A stretch of DNA of 64,000 nt, taken from positions 1,302,001 to 1,366,000 of the forward strand of contig CP089277.1 in the NCBI GenBank assembly GCA_023920165.1, read 5' to 3'. Under the pieces are notes generated by a model, which saw only the letters and a list, made by a program, of their open reading frames with translations, did not search any database and had not been told where the DNA came from. Source of the DNA: Curvularia clavata (lineage: Eukaryota). Within the stretch, counting starts at the first letter, position 1, and the number at the start of each line of letters is the position of its first letter. This document shows positions 1-10,037 of the stretch, in pieces. The position numbers and the translations under genes were made by a program.

Positions 1-61
1 CTAACCTGGCAACATTATTGACATCATAAGGCAACCATACAACCGAAGCTCCCATCTCAAA

Positions 62-1552
62 ATGACGAAGAGACACAATCAAATCACCTTTGCCTGGCTC
101 TCGTTGCCTGCAGATATCCGTCTTTTAATCCTTGACGAAATCTCAGGCCAGAAACATCGTGGCTGGGCTCAGTGCGCAGCCGTCTGCAAGGAATGGTTGG
201 CCATCCTTGAACCCAAGAATTTCTCCCGATTAACAGTGCATCCATCCTGTCTAGACGAACTGGATACCCTCGTTATCCGACAAAGGCCTCTTGTTCAGCA
301 CGTCTGTCTCCATATCGAACTTCCTCGATACACCTGTCCCACTTGTAAACGAAAGGCCGAATTTTGCAAGCGCCATCCTGCAATTTTCAAGAGGGCTGTC
401 CTAAGGCTCTTTTCTATTCTGAATGACTGGCAGCCTACAGGTCGGTTGACACTCGAGCTGAGCGCATCTTCACCGAGCGACTCACAACATTGGTTCAAGA
501 ACTACTGTTTTGGACCTGGGCATAAAGACACAAGAGACTGGACTCAACAGGAGAAAGCTATTCGATGGCACGATCCAGAGCACGGCTGGATTGATGGCCA
601 GCAGGTTAAGACTCCCAGCCCAGACGCTGTTGAGCGCCTCTTCTCTGCGCTCTGCCTGGACACCCTCCAAAATCTTCCTGTCGTTCATGCTGTCACAAGC
701 TTTTGCGTGCGTCGACAACTTCGACATATGCTTTTACCCCACGTACTAAAGGATTTGTGGGAGAAACTCCCTCGACTAGAAAGTATAGTCTACGAGCTGT
801 GGCGTGAGCAGTGGCATGCCTGGCATAGCTGTCACTACCCCAACTACGATCTGATATATGCAATTCAGCTATCCCATTTATTCCAGGAATCTGTTCCAAA
901 ACACGTTAAAAGAGTGTCTATCTTTCAGGACTTCAACAACCAACTTACATTGGCACTTGCGCCAAGTATAGGCCAGCCAGGTTTAGGCCGAGGTATTGGA
1001 AGTCCCTCAGATGTGGATCTCAAGCTATCCCACGCATTTGCCGCCAAAAGTCACCATCTGGAGCACATTTCTATTTCATACATGGTCGACGCCCGGCAGT
1101 TTTTCGCCTCATGCCAGCAGCTGCCACGTACCTGGAACCTCCTGCAGTCCATGACATTCACATCATCCACATTGGCCCGGACAGCCCCTCATCGAGACGT
1201 TTATAAACTATTGCGAAACGCCGCATCGGTTGTCCTAAAGATGCCGCGGCTCAAAACCATGGTGCTCTGGAACAGTGAACCGGGACACGCCTGTGCGGTA
1301 ATTTATCAGCGACATACTACAATGGCTGAACTGACATGGAGAGGTACATGGAATCTTGAGCTCAGAGATGATGTAGTTGAGTCCTGGAAGAAGGTTGCTT
1401 CTAGTCCTTACCTACGGTTGGAGAAGGAAGTATTGCGCGACGTGGATATCAGGTCCCATGGCGATGCAATTCATTATCTACGCTTACCGGATGGAATAGT
1501 TGATGCTGAATCGCTGAGTCAAATACGATACGAGGGCCAAAGCATGGCCTGA
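62..1552 (+). CDS. F-box-like N-terminus / DUF6546-type fungal protein (496 aa, apparently intronless)
   Basis: Long single ORF. The N-terminal WLSLPADIRLLILDEI...AAVCKEW is F-box-like. C-terminal motifs (LEHISISYMVDARQFF, MPRLKTMVLWN, HGDAIHYLRL) resemble a fungal-specific family recalled as DUF6546. Confidence 0.65.
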   Translation: MTKRHNQITFAWLSLPADIRLLILDEISGQKHRGWAQCAAVCKEWLAILEPKNFSRLTVHPSCLDELDTLVIRQRPLVQHVCLHIELPRYTCPTCKRKAEFCKRHPAIFKRAVLRLFSILNDWQPTGRLTLELSASSPSDSQHWFKNYCFGPGHKDTRDWTQQEKAIRWHDPEHGWIDGQQVKTPSPDAVERLFSALCLDTLQNLPVVHAVTSFCVRRQLRHMLLPHVLKDLWEKLPRLESIVYELWREQWHAWHSCHYPNYDLIYAIQLSHLFQESVPKHVKRVSIFQDFNNQLTLALAPSIGQPGLGRGIGSPSDVDLKLSHAFAAKSHHLEHISISYMVDARQFFASCQQLPRTWNLLQSMTFTSSTLARTAPHRDVYKLLRNAASVVLKMPRLKTMVLWNSEPGHACAVIYQRHTTMAELTWRGTWNLELRDDVVESWKKVASSPYLRLEKEVLRDVDIRSHGDAIHYLRLPDGIVDAESLSQIRYEGQSMA

Positions 1553-2005
1553 TCAGTGCATCTGTACAGATTTCTGTCTACTTCCTGGCTGCTCTTGGCT
1601 TCGCTGACCAATGGTGATGTTTGATGTATTTTGCACGTTATTACCATCAAGCCACTACGACTGGTATACCATTCTGTGGCAAACACATACAATCGAGATG
1701 TAACACATTTTTTAATCACGTGGAAACTTTCTTTCCCACAAATGATAAAAATAGAAAATAACAGCGTACAAAACCATCCTACGTTCTAGTAAAACTACGA
1801 CTTTTTGAAAATAGCTGTAGTTTTCGCTTTTTTGGTATGTTGGCAGCATAGGTGAGCTTGTTCTGACATTCCCATTTTACTGGTCGTGGGAGAAGGATTA
1901 TATTATGGGAGCAAGTTCTCCACCCACGTGAGCAATAATGACATTGATAATGAGGATAAAATATATTTTGTTCGAGCGTTGGCGCGCCACTATATTCGCC
2001 CTTGA

Positions 2006-2021
2006 TATATATATATATATA
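2006..2021. repeat. (AT)n microsatellite in the 3' region of the 4HN reductase gene
   Basis: atatatatatatata run seen directly. Confidence 0.85.
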
Positions 2022-2085
2022 CGCTCCAGAACTGTTTAATTGTAACATCGCTTTCCCTTTCTCACTCCTTTTGCCAACAGCATGC

Positions 2086-2892
2086 TTACTGGGACGATCC
2101 ACCAGAGATGGTAAGTACCTGTCCGTTGACCCAGCCGCCATCCTCAGATGCGAGGAAAGCCACGACCCTCGCCACATCCTCAGGGACCGCACACCTACCC
2201 AGTGGGCAGTGGCTCGCCATGAGCGACTCAATCTTCTCCGCTGGCCAGTCTGGGGTGCCTCCTGGGATGTAGTGCCAAGCATTCTGTGTGAACATGTCCG
2301 ACTTGATGCCACCGGGCGCAACGCCGTTGACAGTGATACCGCGCTTGCCGAAATCTGTGGCGAAAGCCTTGATGAAGCCAATAACGGCCATCTTGGAGGC
2401 GTTGTACAAAGCGTGGTCCTTGACGCCAAGGAGACCAGCAGCAATAGAGCTCATGAGGATGATACGGCCGTTGTCCTCCATGTACTTGTACGCGGTCTGG
2501 CCGACGAAGAACTGCGCCTTGGTGTTGAGGTTGAAAACGTGGTCGTACTTCTCCTCGCTAATCTCCTCAGTCTTGTCCCAGCTCTCAGTGCCAGAGTTGC
2601 TCATGACGATGTTGATTTTGCCAAAGGCCTTCTTCGCTTCCTCGAATAGTCGGTGGATCTCTGGGACTTTGCTCACATCGGCTTTGATGGCAATGGCTTT
2701 GGCGCCGTTGTTGAAGCCCCGGATGATATCGCAGACTTCGTTGGCTGGTCCCTCAGATGATACGTAATTTACGACGACAGAGGCACCGCGCTTGCCGAGC
2801 TCAATGGCGCAGCCTCGTCCGATACCACGGCCAGCACCGGTGACGAGGGCGACTTGGCCCTCTAGGGAGGCAGTGGGAACGTTGATGACCAT
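2086..2892 (-). CDS. 1,3,6,8-tetrahydroxynaphthalene reductase (4HNR, BRN2-like SDR; DHN-melanin pathway), 268 aa
   Basis: SDR motifs TGAGRGIG, SNSG and YNASK. The segments APGGIKSDMF...NAWHYIPGG and WVNGQ are characteristic of hydroxynaphthalene reductases, closer to 4HNR than 3HNR. Intronless. TATA-like TATATAG on the minus strand near 3050. Confidence 0.88.
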   Translation of the reverse strand: MVINVPTASLEGQVALVTGAGRGIGRGCAIELGKRGASVVVNYVSSEGPANEVCDIIRGFNNGAKAIAIKADVSKVPEIHRLFEEAKKAFGKINIVMSNSGTESWDKTEEISEEKYDHVFNLNTKAQFFVGQTAYKYMEDNGRIILMSSIAAGLLGVKDHALYNASKMAVIGFIKAFATDFGKRGITVNGVAPGGIKSDMFTQNAWHYIPGGTPDWPAEKIESLMASHCPLGRCAVPEDVARVVAFLASEDGGWVNGQVLTISGGSSQ

Positions 2893-3815
2893 TTTGATAA
2901 GATTTTGTTTGGTGGATTATGGAAGTATAGAACTTGTTGGCTGAACTTGCTTCAAGTTAAAAGAAATTCGTAGACGGATTGTATTTGAAAAGGTGGAAAA
3001 ATGATCCTGGGTATCTTGATAATTTTCTCTTCATACTGCAGCATCTATATAACTGCAACCAATATCTCTTTCTTCAAACGTTGGTGTTCACGGTGTTTGC
3101 GGTCACGGGCGGGGATCCGACGGAACGAAGACCGAAAATGGAAGCCCGCTCAAGGAACCTGCGGCTCTACGCTCTCGCGTCCGGTAACCGCCCTGTAGCT
3201 GAGTGTTTTACCTACACAAGGCCAAACGGCCCGGCAAGTCAGGTTTCCGTTTCAGATGTCGTGGTTCAGATGCCGGCTGTGGTGCGGAGCTCGGAAGGGG
3301 AGGGGCCATTGTTGCCCCGCCGAGTACCAGGAATATCTTGAAGTCTCGACGATGGAGATGCGGCGACAAGTCCGATATCATCTCGGCATCTATTCTTGTA
3401 ACTCAGATTTCTTAAATTAATATCTGATTTTCAATAGCTTGTAGGAGATACTGATGATGTACAGTGACGAGCGGTAGTTGCCGGCGCGATGCAGGAACAT
3501 TGTCGGATCTATCTATAGCGCAGGTTCCACAAGCAGCCTGTGACCATCTTCTTCGCTACCTCCTATGAGCTGCCTGCAGTCGGGGAAAATCATTCGCCAA
3601 ACGCAATGCTTTGTCGCAAGGCGCTTAACAGCACTCAACGTCTTTGTAGGGAGGATGGAGGCGGTGACGGCGGCTGAACACGATGCGGCATCGGCATCTA
3701 CCTAGTATCGATAGCGCACGTCACTCCTCCGTGTCTGCCCCACTGCGTCTTTCAACTTCACGTATACCACACAGAGTATTACTAACATTGCGACTAACGT
3801 TGCTCAAAAACAAAG

Positions 3816-4990
3816 ATGCATATTCTTGTAAGTTGATTCTTTGTCTTATGATAGTCAATGGCATCGACTGATCATACAGTAGGTCACTAACGACGATGGA
3901 CCGCCATCGGACCAGTCCTCGCCGTATGTCCACTCGCTGGTGTCAACACTGCAAAAGCATGGCCACACCGTGTCGGTTGTTCTCCCCCACACGCAGAGAT
4001 CTTGGATAGGCAAGGCGCATCTTGTTGGCAAGTCGGTATGAAGCCCCTTTTGCTTTCTCAAGGCAGCCCTTGCTCTCTATATGAGTCCCATTTCGTCTGG
4101 CTCTGACATGGTCGCAGATACAACCAACATATTACCGCCCCGAACCCCTCCAAATAAGTCCAGACGGCCGCCTTACTAACCATGGAACAACTCACAACTC
4201 GCCGCTTCCGCCCTCCTCCAACGAGGAAGAATGGGTGCTGGTCGATTCCACACCCGCGTCGTGCGTGCAGATTGGTCTGTACCACTACTTCACCGAGCGT
4301 GGACCAATTGACCTGGTCGTGTCTGGCCCCAACTACGGACGCAATAGCACTGCCATCTTCTCCCTCTCATCGGGTACCATTGGTGGCGCAATGGAGGCAG
4401 CGGTATGCGGCATGAAGAGCATAGCACTCAGCTACGCCTTCTTCGATCGCAATCATGACGCCAAGATCATCAGCGGCGCCAGCGAGCTCAGCGCAAAGCT
4501 CATACAATACCTGTGGGACAACTGGGATAAGAACACGCATCTGTACACGGTCAATGTGCCTTTGGTGGAGAATGTGGGAGAGCGCAAGATCCTATGGACC
4601 AACATGCTGCAAAACACGTGGAAGAGCGGAAGCTGCTTCCAGGTTGTCGAAGTGCCTCCCGAGGCGGATGACAAGGAGGCAGACATTGAGGGCCAGATAC
4701 GCAAGCAAGAGGAGAAGCTGGGCAAGAAGGAACTCAGATCTCATTCAGATATTCAGGGTGGAGCAAGCGGTACGGATTCAGGAAGGGACACGCCGTCGAG
4801 CCAGGTCCATTCGAGATATACGCACAAGCACTTCAAGTGGGCGCCCTCGTTCAAGGACGTGTACCAGAGTGTAGAGGAGAGTGAGCCGGGCAATGATGGT
4901 TGGGCTGTCGCGCAGGGATACACTAGTGTTACTCCGCTGCGGGCCAACTTTATGCACGTTAACGGATTTGAGGGGGAGATTAAACTTTAG
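3816..4990 (+). CDS. SurE-family 5'/3'-nucleotidase/phosphatase, 345 aa; exons 3816-3827, 3883-4035, 4118-4990
   Basis: The spliced N-terminus MHILVTNDDGPPS carries the SurE NDDG motif. Also present: PHTQRSWIGK, DLVVSGPNYGRN, SSGTIGGAMEA and SVTPL. Canonical GT..CTRAY..AG introns. Confidence 0.9.
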
Positions 4991-5292
4991 TAGATGGGTG
5001 GGGAAATAGAGCAGGCTGGCCAGCCTAATGTGGAAAAGGCAGCGTGAGGATACTTCAAGGCATAGGATCTGATTCACATGAGAGTACGATTTGACAAAGT
5101 CTAGAAATAGATTATTTAGACCAGCGAGGCACGCATGCACATTAAAATATTCTCTGGCCGATTGCCGCATTGGAGCAATTCTCGTAGGTTGGCCTTGAGT
5201 CTCATCATCTACCAGGGGTATCAAAAAAAAAGGAAAAAGAAAACCTCTCAACGCCGGATGGCCAAGCCAGAGCCAGATATGATACAGAAACG

Positions 5293-6491
5293 TTATTCAA
5301 AGTTGAAAAAAGCGTCGTCAAAGGACGACTGCTCTGGATTCGCGTACTCGTCCATGTTGAACAGGTCCTCGAGGTCGTCTGCAGCCATGGTGGCCATCAT
5401 ATCGTCGTTGTTGCTGTTCATGTTGTTGTTAGTCGTCTCGTCCGCCTTCTTCTCTTCAGATGGTGGCTGTGCGGCCGGATTGGGCTCGTCTGCCTTTGGC
5501 GCAGGCTCTGGCTCTGGCGCAGGCTTCACCACTGTAGTCGAATTGCTGTCGATATTCGTGCTCCCGTTGGCATTTGTATCCAGGCCTGGCAGGTCCGGCA
5601 TGGCAAAGTCCATGTCCATGTTGGAGGCTTGGTTGGCGTTGTCGTTGTCGCCGTCCTTTGCAAAGTCTTCAAGGCCGCGCAGGAGGGACGAGCCGTCATT
5701 ACCACTGTCGAGGTTGAAATCCATGTCGCCTGAGGTATCCATCATGTCCGGGTTATGCTGATCCGACGTGTCCATAGCATCGCCGAACATGGCATCAAAA
5801 TCAAAGTCAGATTCGTTGGGGTTGTTGGCTGGGGGAGTGCCATCGAAGAGCGGGTCTTTGGGGGGTTCGGTGTTTGCGTCTGCCGATGTTTTGGGTGGTG
5901 AGGGTGCCTTCCCATCGTGGCTGCCCTGGTTGTCACTGGCGCCTTCTTTCTTCGAAGCGTCCGTCTCTATTTCCATAGCTGTAGTTGGCTCGGATGTATC
6001 CTGGGCCGTCGATGGCTCGAGCTGCGTGGGCGTGGCGGGCTTTTCCGGCTTCACGGGGGCATTGTCTGTCGCTGGCGGCGGGTTCCTCGCCTCTGCCGCC
6101 AATCTCGCCTTCTCTACCTCATGCTGTTTTGCTGCGGCCTCCTTCTTCTTGCGGTCCTGCTTCAGCAATGCCATGTCGCGTCGGAGCACTGTTTGCGCCA
6201 GGCGCACTTCGTTCTCAAGCTCGTCAAGGGCATCGTGGAAGCGCTCAGTCGCATGGGGGACGACGCGCTGCAACTGCTGCTTCATGCGCCCAGAGCCGCC
6301 ACCGGCCTGGGTCTCTTTGAGGAAGCGACCCGAATGGAGGAACTGCGATGGGCTGTCAGTACGGCGACGCGTCTCGGCGGGCGGGTGTGCAGTGGGCGTA
6401 CGATGAGATTGAGCATGCTCTGCAGGGTGTCGGTGTGCTGCTGATGTTTTTGCTGCTCCTGGGGGAGAGCGCCTGGATTGGGGGCGGCCAT
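5293..6491 (-). CDS. Putative Mediator tail subunit Med2/Med29-like protein, 379 aa; exons 6491-6402, 6342-5293
   Basis: ATG at 6491 in good context and a 59-nt intron (GTACGC..ACTGAC..CAG). The helix ERFHDALDELENEVRLAQTVL is followed by a K/E coiled coil and an Asn/Asp-rich acidic-aromatic tail, the architecture of yeast Med2. The gene is solid; the function is inferred. Confidence 0.6.
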
Positions 6492-7267
6492 GATGGGTGC
6501 GTGGTGGTGGTGAGGGTGTCGTATGGACGGGGTAGTGATATGTCGAGTAGTAGTTCGGCATGCCGGCGGCGGATGGGCGCTGGGCGGGCCTGCTGCAGGG
6601 CGGTTCCGCGAGTGGGGGCTACGGGTTCCGGTTGTGCTAGTAATTAAGCAGAGCAGGCAGCCGCTAGCACCCTTTTCTCCTCTATTTACGGCCTTTGGCC
6701 TCGCCCTCGGCCGCCTGACAGCAGCTGGCAGCGGTGGGAGCGAATCCGCCCAAATCGCTCAATGGCTGCCCCGTTCCCACACAACCCCCCGGCGCGCTGC
6801 CCGGCAGGTGGTAGGCTGCCGTAGCTCTCCCGTGGCATTGGGCGCTTGTGGCCGCGCCAGCCTAGTAATTCTCGCGACCCTCGCCCGCGCACCTCCCACC
6901 TCGCTCCTCTTCTGTTCTGTTCCCTTTCTTCCCCCCACTGTGGAGACCGTAGCTTGCCATCACCGCTCCTCGTAGCGCTTTCGCATCTCCTATCTCTCTC
7001 TTCCTCTTGTTTCCTCTTCCCTTTCCTAGTGCTTTCCGCGTCTCTCTGTTGGCTGTCTGTGCTTGCGCTTTCCCATTTCGACTTTCCTCGTCGCCTACCA
7101 CGCTCCCACCGCACAGCTTTCGCCCCGCCCCAGCTCGCCTACCTCTATCCTCCGCGTGGCCTTATCCTGCAATCGCCTTTCGCGTCGCATCAACCCCCCC
7201 AGCCGCGGACTCTTCCACCCTCCTTTGCTGATTTCTTCTGCCTCGAGCGCATTTTCGCGACACACAA

Positions 7268-9021
7268 ATGGCCGACCAGCAGAACCCGGGCGCCCAGCTG
7301 CCCCCTCCTCCCTCGACGGGCGGTGCGCCTGGCTACGACAACCAGGGCCAGACGCAACAGCACATGCCGCCCCCGCCGCTCGCCCCCGTCATCATCCCGC
7401 AGAACAACAACCCCATCCCAACCGCCATCAGCTCGCCCATGTCGGGCAACCCCATGTCCCCGACCAGTGGCCAGCCTGGCTACGTGCCCCGTCGCGCCGC
7501 CCCCGAGCCCAACAAGCGCGCCTTATATGTGGGAGGACTCGACCCGCGGGTCACTGAGGACGTGTTGCGTCAGATTTTCGAGACGACTGGCCATGTCCAG
7601 AGCGTCAAGATCATTCCCGACAAGACTGCAAGTTCTCCTTCTGTAAGATACTTCTCCGAAACCGCTGCAATGTCTTGACAGCTTTGTGGCGTGGGCCGGG
7701 CTTATCTTGCATCTGTTGCAACAACACAAGTGCCGCTGACCGCTAACAGTTCAATTCCAAGGGTTTCAACTACGGATTCGTCGAATATGATGACCCTGGC
7801 GCGGCCGAGCGTGGTATGGCCACACTCAATGGTCGACGCATCCACAACAACGTAAGCAATTGCGCACTCGAGTGCCAGAGGCAGTCATTGAATCCTTTTC
7901 CTGACACATGATAGGAAATCCGTGTAAACTGGGCCTATCAATCAAACAACACGGCCAAGGAAGACACTTCTAACCACTTCCACATCTTTGTTGGCGATCT
8001 TTCCAACGAGGTCAACGATGAGGTCCTTCTCCAGGCTTTCTCCACCTTTGGCCCCGTCTCCGAGGCTCGCGTCATGTGGGACATGAAGACGGGTAGGTCT
8101 CGTGGCTACGGCTTCGTCGCTTTCCGGGATCGCGCCGATGCTGAACGTGCCCTCAACTCCATGGACGGAGAGTGGCTTGGCTCACGAGCCATCCGCTGCA
8201 ACTGGGCCAACCAGAAGGGCCAACCTTCCATTTCCCAACAGCAGGCCATGGCTTCGATGGGCATGACACCAACCACTCCATTCGGCCACCATCACTTCCC
8301 TACTCACGGCGTACAGAGTTATGACATGGTTGTCGCTCAGACTCCTCAGTGGCAGACGACGTGCTACGTAGGAAACTTGACACCCTATACCTCGCAGGCT
8401 GACCTAGTGCCGCTTTTCCAGAACTTTGGTTATGTCACCGAGACGCGCTTCCAGTCGGACCGTGGATTTGCCTTCATCAAGATGGACACGCACGAGAACG
8501 CTGCCATGGCCATCTGCCAGCTCAACGGCTACAACGTCAACGGCCGTCCTCTCAAGTGCAGCGTAGGTTAAACTTGATTCTCTTTTTGTATCTCAACTTG
8601 CTTACTCACACCTCCAATCTAGTGGGGCAAGGATCGTCCACCGACGGGTCAGTTTGAGGGTTACTCGCCTGCAGGCGGCCCCAACTCAGCGTACCCCCAG
8701 ACGCCCAGCGCGTACTTTCCGCAGTACGGTGGTGGGCCACAAGGTGGGCCCATGTCACCTTCAGGTGAGCGGCACCGGAGGAAGCTGCAGTATCGAAACA
8801 AGCAATCTAATGCGCGGGCAGGACCCAGCCCCGGCGGAGCACCTTTTGCGCAGCAGCAGCAGCAACAAGCCTTCGGTACCCCAGGCATGCCATTCCAGCA
8901 GCAAATGCAGCAGCCCGGCAGTGCTGGCGGCTACGGTCGCGGCGCCCCTCAGCAGCCGCAATGGGGCCAGTCTCCTCAAGCTGCCTTTAGCCAGAATGGC
9001 TTTGGTGGGTACCAGGGCTAA
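7268..9021 (+). CDS. pub1: Pub1/TIA-1-like poly(A)+ RNA-binding protein with three RRMs, ~488 aa; exons 7268-7642, 7750-7851, 7915-8562, 8623-8764, 8822-9021
   Basis: RRM motifs ALYVGGLD/YGFVEY, HIFVGDLS/RGYGFVAF and CYVGNL/RGFAFI, plus EIRVNWA, CNWANQK and KCSWGK. Q/G-rich tail. Canonical introns. Confidence 0.93.
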
Positions 9022-10037
9022 GCAGACTCTCTTTGCTCAAAACTTCTTTCCGCGCCATCTGTTCTTTCGGCACGCCCAGTTGTTTACGAGGGCTCGTTTG
9101 TTTGGATAGCTCCGATTTCCAGGTCATATTTCATCAGCTATCTGGTCTCATGTTCTTAGGCAAGTCGTCATCTTAGTCCTGTTGTCCAAAAAAGGGTGCG
9201 AGGGTTGTTGTCTTCCGGCATAGTTGGCTACCTACCCCTGTGGTACATTTCTTGTGGGATATGGTCTACGGTCGTTTGTGTGGTTCACAATGAATCTCCT
9301 TTCTGTTGTTAGCATTTCCTTTGGTGCGAGCTTCGGCTGGTTCCCATGTTTGCCTCTTCACTATTATCCACTATGATGTTGAATCTTCTTATCGATACCA
9401 AAAGCGAATTCTTGTTCTCTTTGCGGCGTACGAATGGTCATGACCGCCCTCTTTGACTGTTTCCGTTGGTCGGTAGGCTTTTCTGATGATTGCTGTTATT
9501 TCATGTCGTTCTTGTTCGGTTTAGACTGCCTTGTCTCTTAAAACGGCATACGCGGGACGCGCCGAGTTACAATCTGGAACAACAATGTATGAAACCATAT
9601 TCTAACGATCCCTGGGGGATATAGGTGCTGGCAACATGGGCACTACCTTTATAGCTACTTGTATCAATACCAACATAGTCGACTCGGTTGAACTGATTAA
9701 GTTCTATTCTATAAAGAGATAGGTATTCGCGTTCAGTCGCTCAAATACAGAGGTGGTACTGAGACCAAGCCAAAGATGGATGCAATTCCATCATCTGCCC
9801 TATCGTAGCCCTATATGCCTAGAATATTAGGTAGATATTGCACGTGACCATTACACTAGCGCAACTCTTTCCGAAGGTCGCGTCGACTAGTCGCGTTTTG
9901 TGGGTCCGTGCCACTAAATGCCTAACAATCCCACCCCCACCGCGCGCCGTGAAAGGCATGGAACACCCTGAGCAACCATACCAAACCATCATTTCTTTCT
10001 TTTTCTTTTATTGTCGGCGCGCTCCCTATTTTGCTGC

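Noticed and set aside
2002..2767. Long antisense ORFs over 4HNR (and similarly over msl5, the kinase and the Med2-like gene)
   Set aside because: Shadow ORFs caused by codon bias of the real genes.
6492..6561. ORF-track start MPNYYSTY for the 422-aa ORF
   Set aside because: It reads through a clear intron in the wrong frame. ATG 6491 plus the 59-nt intron gives a better model.
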